Positions 30,043 to 38,724 of a stretch of 38,724 nt of DNA are shown in pieces. Under the pieces are notes generated by a model. That model had not been told where the DNA came from, made no database searches, and worked only from the letters and a program-made list of their open reading frames with translations. Position 1 is the first letter of the stretch, and every line of letters starts with the position of its first letter. The translations under genes and the position numbers were made by a program. Where the stretch lies: sequence record SRR2962707_2795; one strand, written 5' to 3'.

Positions 30043-30915
30043 ATGATCTATTCCTCTGCCCAAGACTGGCGTAACGCCCCGCGCAAGCGCGTCGTCCTTT
30101 TTGCGATGTCAGGACTTGGCAAAACCTATGTGTCCAACCTCTTGCGGGAAAATGGCGACTGGTTCCATTATTCCATCGATTACCGTATCGGCACGCGCTA
30201 CATGGGCGAATACATTGCCGACAATGCAAAACGCGAAGCAATGAAGGTGCCCTTCCTGCGCGAGCTTTTGATGTCAGATTCGATCTACATCGGGTCCAAT
30301 ATCACTTTTGAAAACCTGTCTCCCGTCTCGACCTACCTTGGAAAGCCCGGCGCGTCCGACTTGGACGGGCTGCCCATGGACGAATATATGCGTCGCCAAG
30401 ACCAGTTCCGGCGCGCCGAGATGCAAGCGCTTTTGGACACCCAATACTTTATTGAACGCGCTCAGAATCTGTATGGCTATCCTCATTTCATCTGCGACAC
30501 AGGTGGGTCGATTTGTGAATGGGTCGATCCCGAAGACCCGAAAGATCCGATTCTGTCTGCATTGAATAAGTCTGCCCTCATGGTCTGGATCAAAGGCAAT
30601 GAAGAGCACACCGAAGAATTGATCCGGCGTTTTGATCGCGCCCCAAAACCCATGGCCTACCAGCCAGAGTTTATTCTGCGCGTCTGGCAAGAGTATCTCA
30701 CCTTGCATGATGTGACCGAAGACAAGGTGAATCCGGATGACTTCATCCGTTGGACCTATGCTCAGGCGCTGGCCCATCGCCAACCGCGATACGAGGCTAT
30801 GGCCAAAAACTTTGGTATTTCGGTGGAAGCCAGTGACATCGCAAAAGTCCGCAATAGCAATGATTTCCAAGAGGTGATCGCGGACGCTCTTGAGGCCCGT
30901 GCCAAAAACGCCTAA
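30043..30915 (+). CDS. Uncharacterised P-loop NTPase/kinase-like protein
   Basis: N-terminal VVLFAMSGLGKT Walker A, SIDYRIG, ICDTGGSIC. 290 aa. Confidence 0.8.
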   Translation: MIYSSAQDWRNAPRKRVVLFAMSGLGKTYVSNLLRENGDWFHYSIDYRIGTRYMGEYIADNAKREAMKVPFLRELLMSDSIYIGSNITFENLSPVSTYLGKPGASDLDGLPMDEYMRRQDQFRRAEMQALLDTQYFIERAQNLYGYPHFICDTGGSICEWVDPEDPKDPILSALNKSALMVWIKGNEEHTEELIRRFDRAPKPMAYQPEFILRVWQEYLTLHDVTEDKVNPDDFIRWTYAQALAHRQPRYEAMAKNFGISVEASDIAKVRNSNDFQEVIADALEARAKNA

Positions 30916-30942
30916 TTGCGTCGAACTGACTTAGGAATCCCC

Positions 30943-31461
30943 ATGATCGACGACACAATTCTCCCAATTGACCACCCTTTGCTCGAAACATGTTCTGCCG
31001 TTGTGACAGAATTTGATGGATCTTTGGCGGAACTGGCCGACGATCTGTTCGATGTGATGGACGAAGAAGGCGGCGCCGGTTTGGCCGCGATCCAGGTCGG
31101 TTGCCCGCACAAGCTGTTGGTCATTGACCAGGTCGACGCCTCTGGCACCCGGCATCGCTATGCGTTGGCCAACGCGGAAATCACAGTCCGTTCCGACACC
31201 TTGTCGACCGAAGACGAAGCCTGCTTGTCGATGCCGGGCTATCTGATCCCGGTGCCACGTCACAACACGATTGAGGTGGACTATCAAACGCTTGAAGGTG
31301 AGTATGATACGCTTATCGCTGATGGCCCGCTCGCCGTTTGTTTGCAGCACAGCATTGATCTGACAAATGGAATTCTATTTGTGGATCGTGTCTCTAAACA
31401 GCGCCGCACCCATGCCGATGATATTTCAAAACGGGCCCGCAGACGGGCCGTATTCCACTAA
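30943..31461 (+). CDS. Peptide deformylase-like protein with degenerate active site
   Basis: GAGLAAIQVG, EACLSMPG, and QHSIDLTNGILFVDR in place of QHExDHLxG. AGGA RBS before ATG 30943. Confidence 0.85.
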   Translation: MIDDTILPIDHPLLETCSAVVTEFDGSLAELADDLFDVMDEEGGAGLAAIQVGCPHKLLVIDQVDASGTRHRYALANAEITVRSDTLSTEDEACLSMPGYLIPVPRHNTIEVDYQTLEGEYDTLIADGPLAVCLQHSIDLTNGILFVDRVSKQRRTHADDISKRARRRAVFH

Positions 31462-31477
31462 CCGGAAAGACTGAAAA

Positions 31478-32419
31478 ATGCCTATCAAACTTCCCGCTGA
31501 CCTCCCCGCCTATGACGTGCTGTCGCGCGAGGGTGTGATGGTCATGTCGGAAGACGCGGCAAATCAACAGGACATTCGCCCAATCAAAATCGGGTTGCTG
31601 AACCTGATGCCAAAGAAAATCCAGACGGAAAACCAGTTTGCCCGTCTGATTGGCGCGACGCCTTTGCAGATCGAATTCTCGCTGATCCGGATGAGCGAGC
31701 ATGAAACCAAAAACACCGCTGCCGATCATATGGAAGCCTTCTATCGCCCTTTCAGCGAAGTTGAGGCCAGCGGCGAAAAATTTGACGGTTTGATCATCAC
31801 CGGCGCCCCGATTGAACACATGCCTTTTGACAATGTGACCTACTGGGATGAGCTTAAGCGGGTCTTTGACTGGACCCAAACCCATGTGCACTCCACCTTT
31901 GGGGTTTGTTGGGGCGGCATGGCGATGATCAACTATTTCCATGGTGTCAAAAAGCACATCCTCGATCAAAAGGCCTTTGGCTGTATTCGTCATCGCAATT
32001 GCGCGCCCGCCTCGCCGTATCTTCGTGGCTTCTCTGACGATATGGTGATCCCGGTTTCTCGCTGGACAGAGCTGCGACGCGATGAGATCGAAGCCGCAGG
32101 CCTGCCCATCCTGATTGATTCTGTGGAAACCGGACCGGCTTTGGTCGAAGATCCAGCGCACCGGGCCATCTACATTTTCAACCATTTCGAATATGATAGT
32201 GGCACGCTCAAAGAAGAGTATGATCGTGACGTCGCCAATAACACGCCGATCAATATCCCGGCGAATTACTATCCCGACGACGATCCAAGCCAGCCGCCGC
32301 AAAACCGATGGCGCAGCCACGCGCATCTTTTATATGGCAATTGGATATCAGAGCTCTATCTGACAACTCCGTTCAACATGGACGAAATCGGGCAGGCCAG
32401 CACGGACCTGCGCAAGTAG
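31478..32419 (+). CDS. metA: Homoserine O-acyltransferase MetA (likely acetyl-CoA specific)
   Basis: [52 protein letters not shown]. Confidence 0.95.
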   Translation: MPIKLPADLPAYDVLSREGVMVMSEDAANQQDIRPIKIGLLNLMPKKIQTENQFARLIGATPLQIEFSLIRMSEHETKNTAADHMEAFYRPFSEVEASGEKFDGLIITGAPIEHMPFDNVTYWDELKRVFDWTQTHVHSTFGVCWGGMAMINYFHGVKKHILDQKAFGCIRHRNCAPASPYLRGFSDDMVIPVSRWTELRRDEIEAAGLPILIDSVETGPALVEDPAHRAIYIFNHFEYDSGTLKEEYDRDVANNTPINIPANYYPDDDPSQPPQNRWRSHAHLLYGNWISELYLTTPFNMDEIGQASTDLRK

Positions 32420-32432
32420 ACGCGGGGCACAA

Positions 32433-33383
32433 ATGGCCAAATTTCTGATCATCTTCAGTATTTTGCTGATTGCAATCTGGAGTGTGACAGTATGGCAGGC
32501 TGGTCAACGCGAAGCTCGGGCTCTCAGGGACTATCCCCCTTTGGGCAACTTCGTCGAGGTTGACGGAGCAAATGTGCATTTCGTGCAACGGGGTCATGGG
32601 CCGGATGTCGTCCTCATCCATGGTGCTTCTGGCAATCTGCGTGATTTCACTTTCGGATTGGTGGACAAGCTGGCAACAAACTACCGGGTGACGGTGTTTG
32701 ATCGTCCCGGGCTTGGCTATACGGACAGGATAAATTCCTCGGGGGCCACGCTGGAACAACAAGCCCGCCTCCTAAGTACTGCGGCGCACAAAATCGGCGT
32801 GATACAACCCATTGTGGTCGGCCAATCCTATGGCGGTGCCGTCGCACTGGCGTGGTCTGTCTACGAACAAGACTCGCTTTCAGCGATGGTTTTATTGGCA
32901 GCCCCTTCAAAACCTTGGACGTCGGATCTCTCAAATTTCTATAAAATCACATCCAGCTGGTTGGGATCACGAATTGTTGTTCCCTTCCTCACAGCCTGGG
33001 TTCCAGACAGCACCGTCGACAGCGCCATAGAAGGCATTTTCGCCCCGCAAAAAGCCCCGTCCGGCTATAGCGAATATGTCGGGGCTGGATTGACATTGCG
33101 CCGGATCAGCCTGCGCGCCAACGCAGCACAGCGCGCAAACCTTCTAAATGAAATCAAAGAGATGAACCCGATTTACGCCCAGATCAACATCCCAGTTGAA
33201 CTGTTACACGGCGACGCCGACACCACGGTCGGACTGCATATTCATTCGGTCCCTCTCGCCAAAGAGCTGCCAACGTCCAAATTAACCGTTCTGAACGGCA
33301 TCGGACATATGCCCCAACATGTCTCTCACGCGGAAATTATCTCAGCGATTGACCGTGCGGCAACCCGTGCGGGTTTGCGTTAA
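32433..33383 (+). CDS. Membrane-anchored or exported alpha/beta hydrolase
   Basis: N-terminal hydrophobic helix, IHGASG, FDRPGLG, GQSYGG nucleophile elbow, HGDAD, GHMP. Confidence 0.88.
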   Translation: MAKFLIIFSILLIAIWSVTVWQAGQREARALRDYPPLGNFVEVDGANVHFVQRGHGPDVVLIHGASGNLRDFTFGLVDKLATNYRVTVFDRPGLGYTDRINSSGATLEQQARLLSTAAHKIGVIQPIVVGQSYGGAVALAWSVYEQDSLSAMVLLAAPSKPWTSDLSNFYKITSSWLGSRIVVPFLTAWVPDSTVDSAIEGIFAPQKAPSGYSEYVGAGLTLRRISLRANAAQRANLLNEIKEMNPIYAQINIPVELLHGDADTTVGLHIHSVPLAKELPTSKLTVLNGIGHMPQHVSHAEIISAIDRAATRAGLR

Positions 33384-33434
33384 GCCGATTAACATCCCAT
33401 ATTAAGATTTAGAGCAGCAAAAAGTGAGAGGCCC

Positions 33435-34307
33435 ATGTCAGAGCTTCCTTTCGACGGCGCAATCAGCGCCTTTTTCAAAAACGACACCTCTGATCAGGTG
33501 CGTAACGCGATTAAGCGGGCCGAAAAAGGCGAGGTCATTAATCCTGACTTCCCATATTCAGAACGTATGCCGCGCAAGGCCTATGAGAAAGATCTCGCCG
33601 CGTTGCAGATCGAATTGGTCAAAATGCAATCTTGGGCCAAGGAAAGTGGCGCGCGCGTAGCAATCGTATTCGAAGGCCGGGATGCCGCGGGCAAAGGCGG
33701 GACAATCAAAAGGTTTCGCGAAAACTTAAACCCACGCGGCGCCCGTGTCGTGGCGTTGCCGAAACCCTCGGATGCCGAAGCCACGCAATGGTATTTCCAG
33801 CGCTATATCGATCACTTACCGTCCGGAGGCGAGATCGTGTTTTTTGATCGCAGCTGGTACAACCGAGGCGTGGTAGAGAAAGTTTTTGGCTTTTGTAAAG
33901 ATGCGCAACGAGAGCACTTCTTTGCTCAGGTCACCGATTTTGAAAACATGCTGGTCGAAGAAGGGATCTATCTGTTCAAGATCTGGCTCAACGTTGGACG
34001 CGCCGAACAATTGCGCCGTTTTATGGACCGGGAAAGCGACCCGCTCAAACAATGGAAACTCAGCTGGATCGATGTCAAAGGCCTCGCCAAATGGGATGAT
34101 TACTCGGCCGCCATTGCGGAAACCTTTGAACGCAGTCACACAGATCACGCCCCATGGACCATCGTTCGCTCTGACGACAAACGTCGCGCCCGTCTGAACG
34201 CCATTCGAACCGTGCTGCACGCTCTGCCATATGCGCATAAATCAACCAAATCCATTGGCGGTATTGACCCCAGCATTTGCGCCGGGCCTGAGATCTGGGA
34301 TGCGTAA
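33435..34307 (+). CDS. ppk2: Polyphosphate kinase 2
   Basis: [52 protein letters not shown]. Confidence 0.96.
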   Translation: MSELPFDGAISAFFKNDTSDQVRNAIKRAEKGEVINPDFPYSERMPRKAYEKDLAALQIELVKMQSWAKESGARVAIVFEGRDAAGKGGTIKRFRENLNPRGARVVALPKPSDAEATQWYFQRYIDHLPSGGEIVFFDRSWYNRGVVEKVFGFCKDAQREHFFAQVTDFENMLVEEGIYLFKIWLNVGRAEQLRRFMDRESDPLKQWKLSWIDVKGLAKWDDYSAAIAETFERSHTDHAPWTIVRSDDKRRARLNAIRTVLHALPYAHKSTKSIGGIDPSICAGPEIWDA

Positions 34308-34917
34308 ACGCGGCTATCATCACGGCAATCTACGCCAGGCCCTCGTGGATGCAGCTCTCGAGCTGATCCGCGAAAAGGGCCCGACGGGTTTCACCCTCTC
34401 AGAAGCCGCGAAACAGGCAGGCGTGACCCCGGCTGCGGTCTATCGCCATTTTGCCGGCCGCGAAGATCTGATCGCTGAGGCCGCCCGGCAAGGCTATGAA
34501 ATCTTCGCAGATCTGATGCAATTCGCCTATGACAAAGGACAGCCCTCCGCCCTGGCCGCCTTCGAGGCCACCGGTCGCGCCTATCTCGCCTTTGCCAAAA
34601 AATACCCAGGCCATTATATCGCGATGTTTGAAAGCGGTATTTCCGTCAATCGTACCCCCGAACTCGCCGCTGTCGCGACACGTGCCCGCAATGTGCAGGA
34701 ACGCGCAGCTATGGATCTCAGCCAACACATTCCGCCGGAGAAACGCCCACCGGCGAGTATGTTTTCCGCACATATCTGGGCAATGAGCCACGGGGTCGTT
34801 GAACTCTACGCCAGAAACAGTCCCGGCATGCAAAGCCCCTACCCGGCCGAAGATCTGCTAGAATCCGGCATTGGCGTCTACCTGCGTGGCCTCGGCCTGA
34901 TTCCTCCAGACACCTAA
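34300..34917 (+). CDS. TetR/AcrR family regulator
   Basis: [39 protein letters not shown]-terminal motif. ATG 34300 overlaps the end of ppk2. Confidence 0.92.
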   Translation: MRKRGYHHGNLRQALVDAALELIREKGPTGFTLSEAAKQAGVTPAAVYRHFAGREDLIAEAARQGYEIFADLMQFAYDKGQPSALAAFEATGRAYLAFAKKYPGHYIAMFESGISVNRTPELAAVATRARNVQERAAMDLSQHIPPEKRPPASMFSAHIWAMSHGVVELYARNSPGMQSPYPAEDLLESGIGVYLRGLGLIPPDT

Positions 34918-34942
34918 CCCTTTGGCGACACCAAAACTCTAA

Positions 34943-35007
34943 TTCATCTTTCTCTAAATACTCTGGGGGTGAATGGCGCTTTTTGCGCCAGAGGGGGCAA
35001 AGCCCCC
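34943..35007 (+). repeat. Structured intergenic repeat, copy 2
   Basis: TTCATCTTTCTCTAAATACTCTGGGG, then hairpin TGGCGC-ttttt-GCGCCA, then hairpin GGGGGC-aaa-GCCCCC. Same architecture as 15376-15438. Confidence 0.75.
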
Positions 35008-35422
35008 CCGAACCAATACGACAAAAACAAACCCTAGGTATTTTTTCGCCCCTCATCGCTTTTCCGCCCCCCACGCACCCAGAAGTTGTCCCACTTCCAC
35101 GTGACCTTTGCCCTAAGCGCAGCCTAACATCCACCGATTGACGTTTCTGCACGCAGCAATCCAGTCCATTACCCGGTCACTCCAGATCTGAAGTGGCTCA
35201 CGTTGCTTCAGCGTGGTTTTGTACGACGGCCAGTTCGCGATCTTGTCCGTCACGGGAGCTTAATATCTCATTTATTCAACCATCGCTCCGGCCTTACAAA
35301 GTGAATTCTCATATTGATTTAAACAACAAGGCCATTGTACAGAAAAAAACTTTCAAGACAAAAATAGAAAAATTTCCCCAATAAAACTCAAATCAACATT
35401 GTGCAAAATCTGCGGCTAGATA

Positions 35423-35437
35423 TTAACAAGATATTAA
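35423..35437. promoter_or_regulatory. CtrA box (TTAA-N7-TTAA)
   Basis: TTAA-CAAGATA-TTAA, 13-25 nt upstream of the possible lipoprotein starts. Confidence 0.55.
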
Positions 35438-35462
35438 ATTTAGTAGGGACGTGAAGAAAAAA

Positions 35463-35849
35463 ATGAAAACCATTATTACGCTAGTTTCGGTAATATCACT
35501 TGTTGCAGTATCTGGTTGTGCAACCATTACACGCGGCAAACAGGATGTTTTGGAAATTCAAACCGAACCCGCCGGGGCTCAAGTCCAAACCAGCAATGGT
35601 TTCTCGTGTGATTCAACACCTTGTGCACTTAAGATGGATCGACGTTCGGAATTGGTGGTCAACATCACGAAAGACCGCTGCGATCCAGTTGCCATCAATG
35701 TAACCCATAAAACAGCCGATGCTGGTGCCGCTGGCATTGCGGGCAATGTTCTTGTTGGGGGTGTTATTGGTCTGGGTGTTGATGCCGCCACAGGTGCGTC
35801 ACAGGACTTGGTACCTAACCCGGTCATTGCAAAACTCAACTGCCGGTAA
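35463..35849 (+). CDS. Putative lipoprotein (PEGA-like segment, Gly-rich C-terminal hairpin)
   Basis: MKTIITLVSVISLVAVSG-C lipobox, CATITRG, TEPAGA, CDSTPC, GNVLVGGVIGLGVDAATGA. Alternative GTG start at 35451. Confidence 0.8.
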   Translation: MKTIITLVSVISLVAVSGCATITRGKQDVLEIQTEPAGAQVQTSNGFSCDSTPCALKMDRRSELVVNITKDRCDPVAINVTHKTADAGAAGIAGNVLVGGVIGLGVDAATGASQDLVPNPVIAKLNCR

Positions 35850-35856
35850 TCAGAAA

Positions 35857-35882
35857 GGCATGACGGGGCGCCTCGTCATGCC
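35857..35882 (+). terminator. Stem-loop after the lipoprotein gene
   Basis: GGCATGACG...CGTCATGCC, 7 nt after the stop codon. No clear U tract. Confidence 0.5.
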
Positions 35883-36591
35883 CACCATCTGACCAAATGG
35901 TCAACTATTTCGACCGAAAGTGTTGTTTTAGCAGACCGATGCTGATCCTACATCGAAATTATGCGATCACGAATTTGCGCGAAGACGCCAGTTTTGGTTG
36001 CAATAATCGAGCACTTGCCGAAGGCACGCACTGACCAACAACCCTTTCTTGAGAAGGCTTGGATGATAAACTTCCGAAACCTATCCAGCTGCATTATTAA
36101 GCAACCCAGGTTATTGAATAAACAGTCCATACGTCGACCTGCGCAATCTCCCAATGCGTCAGCATTGCAACACCTACTCCAGGTCATAATTTGAAAGGCT
36201 ATTCAGACACAGAAGAAGGAATTTACTTTCTCCAATTCACTCTCACTTGATGAAAATTTCCGAACGCAAAAACGGTCGGCATATCGACCAAAGTGTGAAT
36301 CCATTGCAGGCGATACCACAATTCTATGAAGGCGGGACTTCCCTGTATTTCAGTTTCAGGGGAGCTTCAGCGACGAATAAATGCATCTCACACTAAGGGA
36401 TTGCGAGGCTCAAAATCGCTGATCAATTCGCACTTGCCTCACAAATGCTCCTCTACCTTTTCTGACGTCAGGTCTTGTGAAGAATCTCTACGGAGTTAAG
36501 GGCTCAACAGTGCCCGATCAAAAGTACGCCTGATCAGCGGGGTTTTTTGATAAAAAGCCCATCGCTTTGCAACTTCAGCTCTGGACAACAA

Positions 36592-37104
36592 CTACAGCGG
36601 ATCTGGCAGCCTGATTTCTGGGGCTTCACTTACGGCAATGAACTCGACAGGTACAGGATCAACCAAGACCTCAGCAAAGCGACCCAAATAGAGCATCTCA
36701 GGATAAACTTCAGATTTGGCGCTATCGTTTTTCCCAGACGCATCCGCCCGTGCCAGTCTAGCAGTCCTTTTACGGCATCTCGCCGCTGCGTCGTCGAAAC
36801 GAACGGGATCCAAGCGAAACGCAATGCATCCATTTTGTCCTTCATCCAGAACGAAGACGCCTGCCGTTGCGAGATACAGATTTGATCCCCTCCACCAGCC
36901 AGTATCTTCGGATAGCAACCTTGAAATTTTCTCACCACGGTGTTCAACAATCAGTGTCCGGTTCCAATCGCCTTGGAGACTGAACATTCCGCTGACAAAC
37001 AGAGACACCCGGACGCCACCATCCAGGTTTGCAGAGGCCCAATGCTCTCTATTGCAGCCCGCCAAAAAGATCGCTGTTGTGAACACAACAAGGACAATAC
37101 GCAT
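36592..37104 (-). CDS. Putative lipoprotein, hypothetical
   Basis: MRIVLVVFTTAIFLAG-C lipobox at ATG 37104, inside the 195-aa ORF. Beta-rich body with DTGWWRGSNLY. Confidence 0.65.
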   Translation of the reverse strand: MRIVLVVFTTAIFLAGCNREHWASANLDGGVRVSLFVSGMFSLQGDWNRTLIVEHRGEKISRLLSEDTGWWRGSNLYLATAGVFVLDEGQNGCIAFRLDPVRFDDAAARCRKRTARLARADASGKNDSAKSEVYPEMLYLGRFAEVLVDPVPVEFIAVSEAPEIRLPDPL

Positions 37105-37337
37105 TGAGCTTCTTAGTTTTCGTACCGGCTTGAAACTGCTTCGAGTTTGGTCTGCAATCAATGGCTTATACATTTCCATCCTAGCACTTATCTCAAGGTT
37201 TCATTTAGGCTTAGAACCGTTCGAAACAGATGAAGATTCACAAGATACAAGTGCCAGAACGCAAGCGGTTCATAACGACTGACTTTTGAAAATATCTGAA
37301 CTAAGCTCATACATATAGAAAATATGAGGGTACAAAG

Positions 37338-37829
37338 ATGGTACTGTTCACACCAGAACAGAGGCTTGAGGAACTCGGGCTCACACTGCCACTGCCGACG
37401 CGTGTTCCAGAGGGGCTAAATTTGCCGTTTTCCTTCGTGAATATCAGAGGAGACCGGGTGATTTTCTCAGGGCATCCCAAAAACTTGCCAGACGGGCGCA
37501 TTGGCGGTCCCTTTGGCGTCGTGGGTACGGACCTGACAACGGCGCAAGGTTATGACGAAGCCCGACAGGTCGCCCTGGCCGTACTTGCCAACCTTAAAGC
37601 GGAAATTGGTGATCTTTCGAGAATAGTCGGCTGGGTGCGGGTCTTCGCGATGGTGACATCTGCCCCGGCCTATTCTGAACAACATCTTGTTGCTAATGGC
37701 TTTAGCGACCTAATCCTTGAGGTCTTTGGGCCAAAGGTCGGGCGTCACGCCCGTTCTGCCATCGGCGTTTCCGGGCTCCCCCTTGGCTTTGCCATGGAAA
37801 TTGAAGGTGAGGTCTTGCTTCAACCCTAA
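37338..37829 (+). CDS. RidA/YjgF/UK114 family protein
   Basis: RLEELGLTLP, SGH, HLVANGFSDL, GRHARSAIGV.GLP...EIE with the conserved Arg retained. GAGG RBS. Confidence 0.9.
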   Translation: MVLFTPEQRLEELGLTLPLPTRVPEGLNLPFSFVNIRGDRVIFSGHPKNLPDGRIGGPFGVVGTDLTTAQGYDEARQVALAVLANLKAEIGDLSRIVGWVRVFAMVTSAPAYSEQHLVANGFSDLILEVFGPKVGRHARSAIGVSGLPLGFAMEIEGEVLLQP

Positions 37830-37911
37830 GGTCTTGCGAGCAGTGGCTCTTTAACTGCGCAACGCGTTTCCGAGCCAAGGACTACCAAAGGAACAATGAT
37901 CACGATTGGTC

Positions 37912-37944
37912 AAAACAAAAGGGCTGCAAAAAATGCAGCCCTTT
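37912..37944 (-). terminator. Intrinsic terminator of rplM-rpsI
   Basis: AAAGGGCTGCA-aaaaa-TGCAGCCCTTT, followed by TTTTGTTTT on the minus strand. Confidence 0.85.
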
Positions 37945-37974
37945 CGAAAAATTGTTTGAAATCGAAAACGCGAA

Positions 37975-38463
37975 TTAGCGCTTCGAGAACTGGAAGGAAC
38001 GACGCGCTTTACGCTTACCGAACTTCTTACGTTCAACAACACGGCTGTCGCGTGTCAGGAAGCCAGCGGCTTTCAAGGCACCGCGCAGCGAGGGATCATA
38101 AAGCTGAAGCGCTTTTGAGATACCGTGCTTAACCGCGCCGGCCTGACCAGAAAGGCCACCACCTTTAACGGTTGCCATCACGTCAAACTGGTCTTCAACA
38201 CCAGCAACTGTGAACGGCTGGCGCAAAATCATCTGCAAAACCGGGCGTGCGAAGTAAACCTTCATTTCACGACCGTTTACGATGACTTTACCTGAACCTG
38301 GCTTAATCCAGACGCGGGCGACCGCATCTTTACGTTTGCCGGTTGCATAAGCGCGGCCCAGTTCGTCACGAACTGGCTCACGTACGATTGCCACCTCAAC
38401 AGGAGCCACAGTGCCTTCGGCGACTGTGTTCAGCTCTTCAAGGGAATTGATTTGATCAGCCAT
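37975..38463 (-). CDS. rpsI: 30S ribosomal protein S9
   Basis: [39 protein letters not shown]. Confidence 0.99.
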   Translation of the reverse strand: MADQINSLEELNTVAEGTVAPVEVAIVREPVRDELGRAYATGKRKDAVARVWIKPGSGKVIVNGREMKVYFARPVLQMILRQPFTVAGVEDQFDVMATVKGGGLSGQAGAVKHGISKALQLYDPSLRGALKAAGFLTRDSRVVERKKFGKRKARRSFQFSKR

Positions 38464-38723
38464 TAGTTTGCCACCCGAGTGTTCTTGGTGTTCATCACTT
38501 TGACGTCGAGCACTTCAGGCTCTTGCGCCTCATGTGGATGCTCAGCACCGGCGTAAACGCGCAGGTTGGTCATAACTTTGCGGGACAGGCGGTTGCCTGG
38601 CAGCATGCGCTGAACAGCTTTGGTCACAACGCGCTCTGGGTGCGCTCCGTCCAAGATTTGCTGTTTAGTGCGCGACTTGATGCCGCCCGGGTGACCGGTG
38701 TGCCAGTAAAAGTTTTCCTGACG
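38463..38723 (-). CDS. rplM: 50S ribosomal protein L13 (3' part, runs off the window)
   Basis: [37 protein letters not shown] overlap with rpsI. Confidence 0.97.
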   Translation of the reverse strand, partial: RQENFYWHTGHPGGIKSRTKQQILDGAHPERVVTKAVQRMLPGNRLSRKVMTNLRVYAGAEHPHEAQEPEVLDVKVMNTKNTRVAN

Positions 38724-38724
38724 C

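Noticed and set aside
33380..33405. Three TTAA units upstream of ppk2 as a CtrA site
   Set aside because: Spacings are N5 and N9, not N7.
35948..36194. Overlapping 79-aa (-) and 77-aa (+) ORFs, and a 22-aa minus-strand ORF (MLTHWEIAQVDVWTVYSITWVA)
   Set aside because: No recognisable family or protein-like composition, so they cannot be supported without homology or Ribo-seq data.

Overview
Chromosomal window from a Rhodobacteraceae/Roseobacteraceae (Roseobacter-group-like) alphaproteobacterium. Most of it is conserved core. On the left are (hfq start)-trkH-trkA-ntrX-ntrY-ntrC-ntrB-dusB on the minus strand, then the divergent ispDF-pgpA-cinA-amt, followed by an MmgE/PrpD gene, ratA/Coq10, hpt, a LysR gene facing a cytochrome c'/diheme cytochrome c pair, lipA and a peroxiredoxin. 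The centre holds the gene transfer agent (GTA) regulatory pair gafA/gafB in its known lipA-guaA context, a non-pyrrolysine MttB, a winged-helix/alpha-beta-hydrolase regulator with a divergent 58-aa ORF missing from the ORF track, and guaA. The right part has two DMT transporters, a P-loop protein/degenerate deformylase/metA/hydrolase/ppk2/TetR run, an AT-rich accessory patch with two lipoproteins and a RidA-family gene, and rpsI-rplM. Non-coding signals read from the sequence are a perfect Irr/ICE box between lipA and the peroxiredoxin, tandem NtrC-like boxes before dusB-ntrBC, a perfect CtrA box before a lipoprotein gene, and two copies of a ~65-bp structured intergenic repeat. No tRNA, rRNA, CRISPR array, integrase or transposase was found. 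All family calls come from motif recognition, not database searches.
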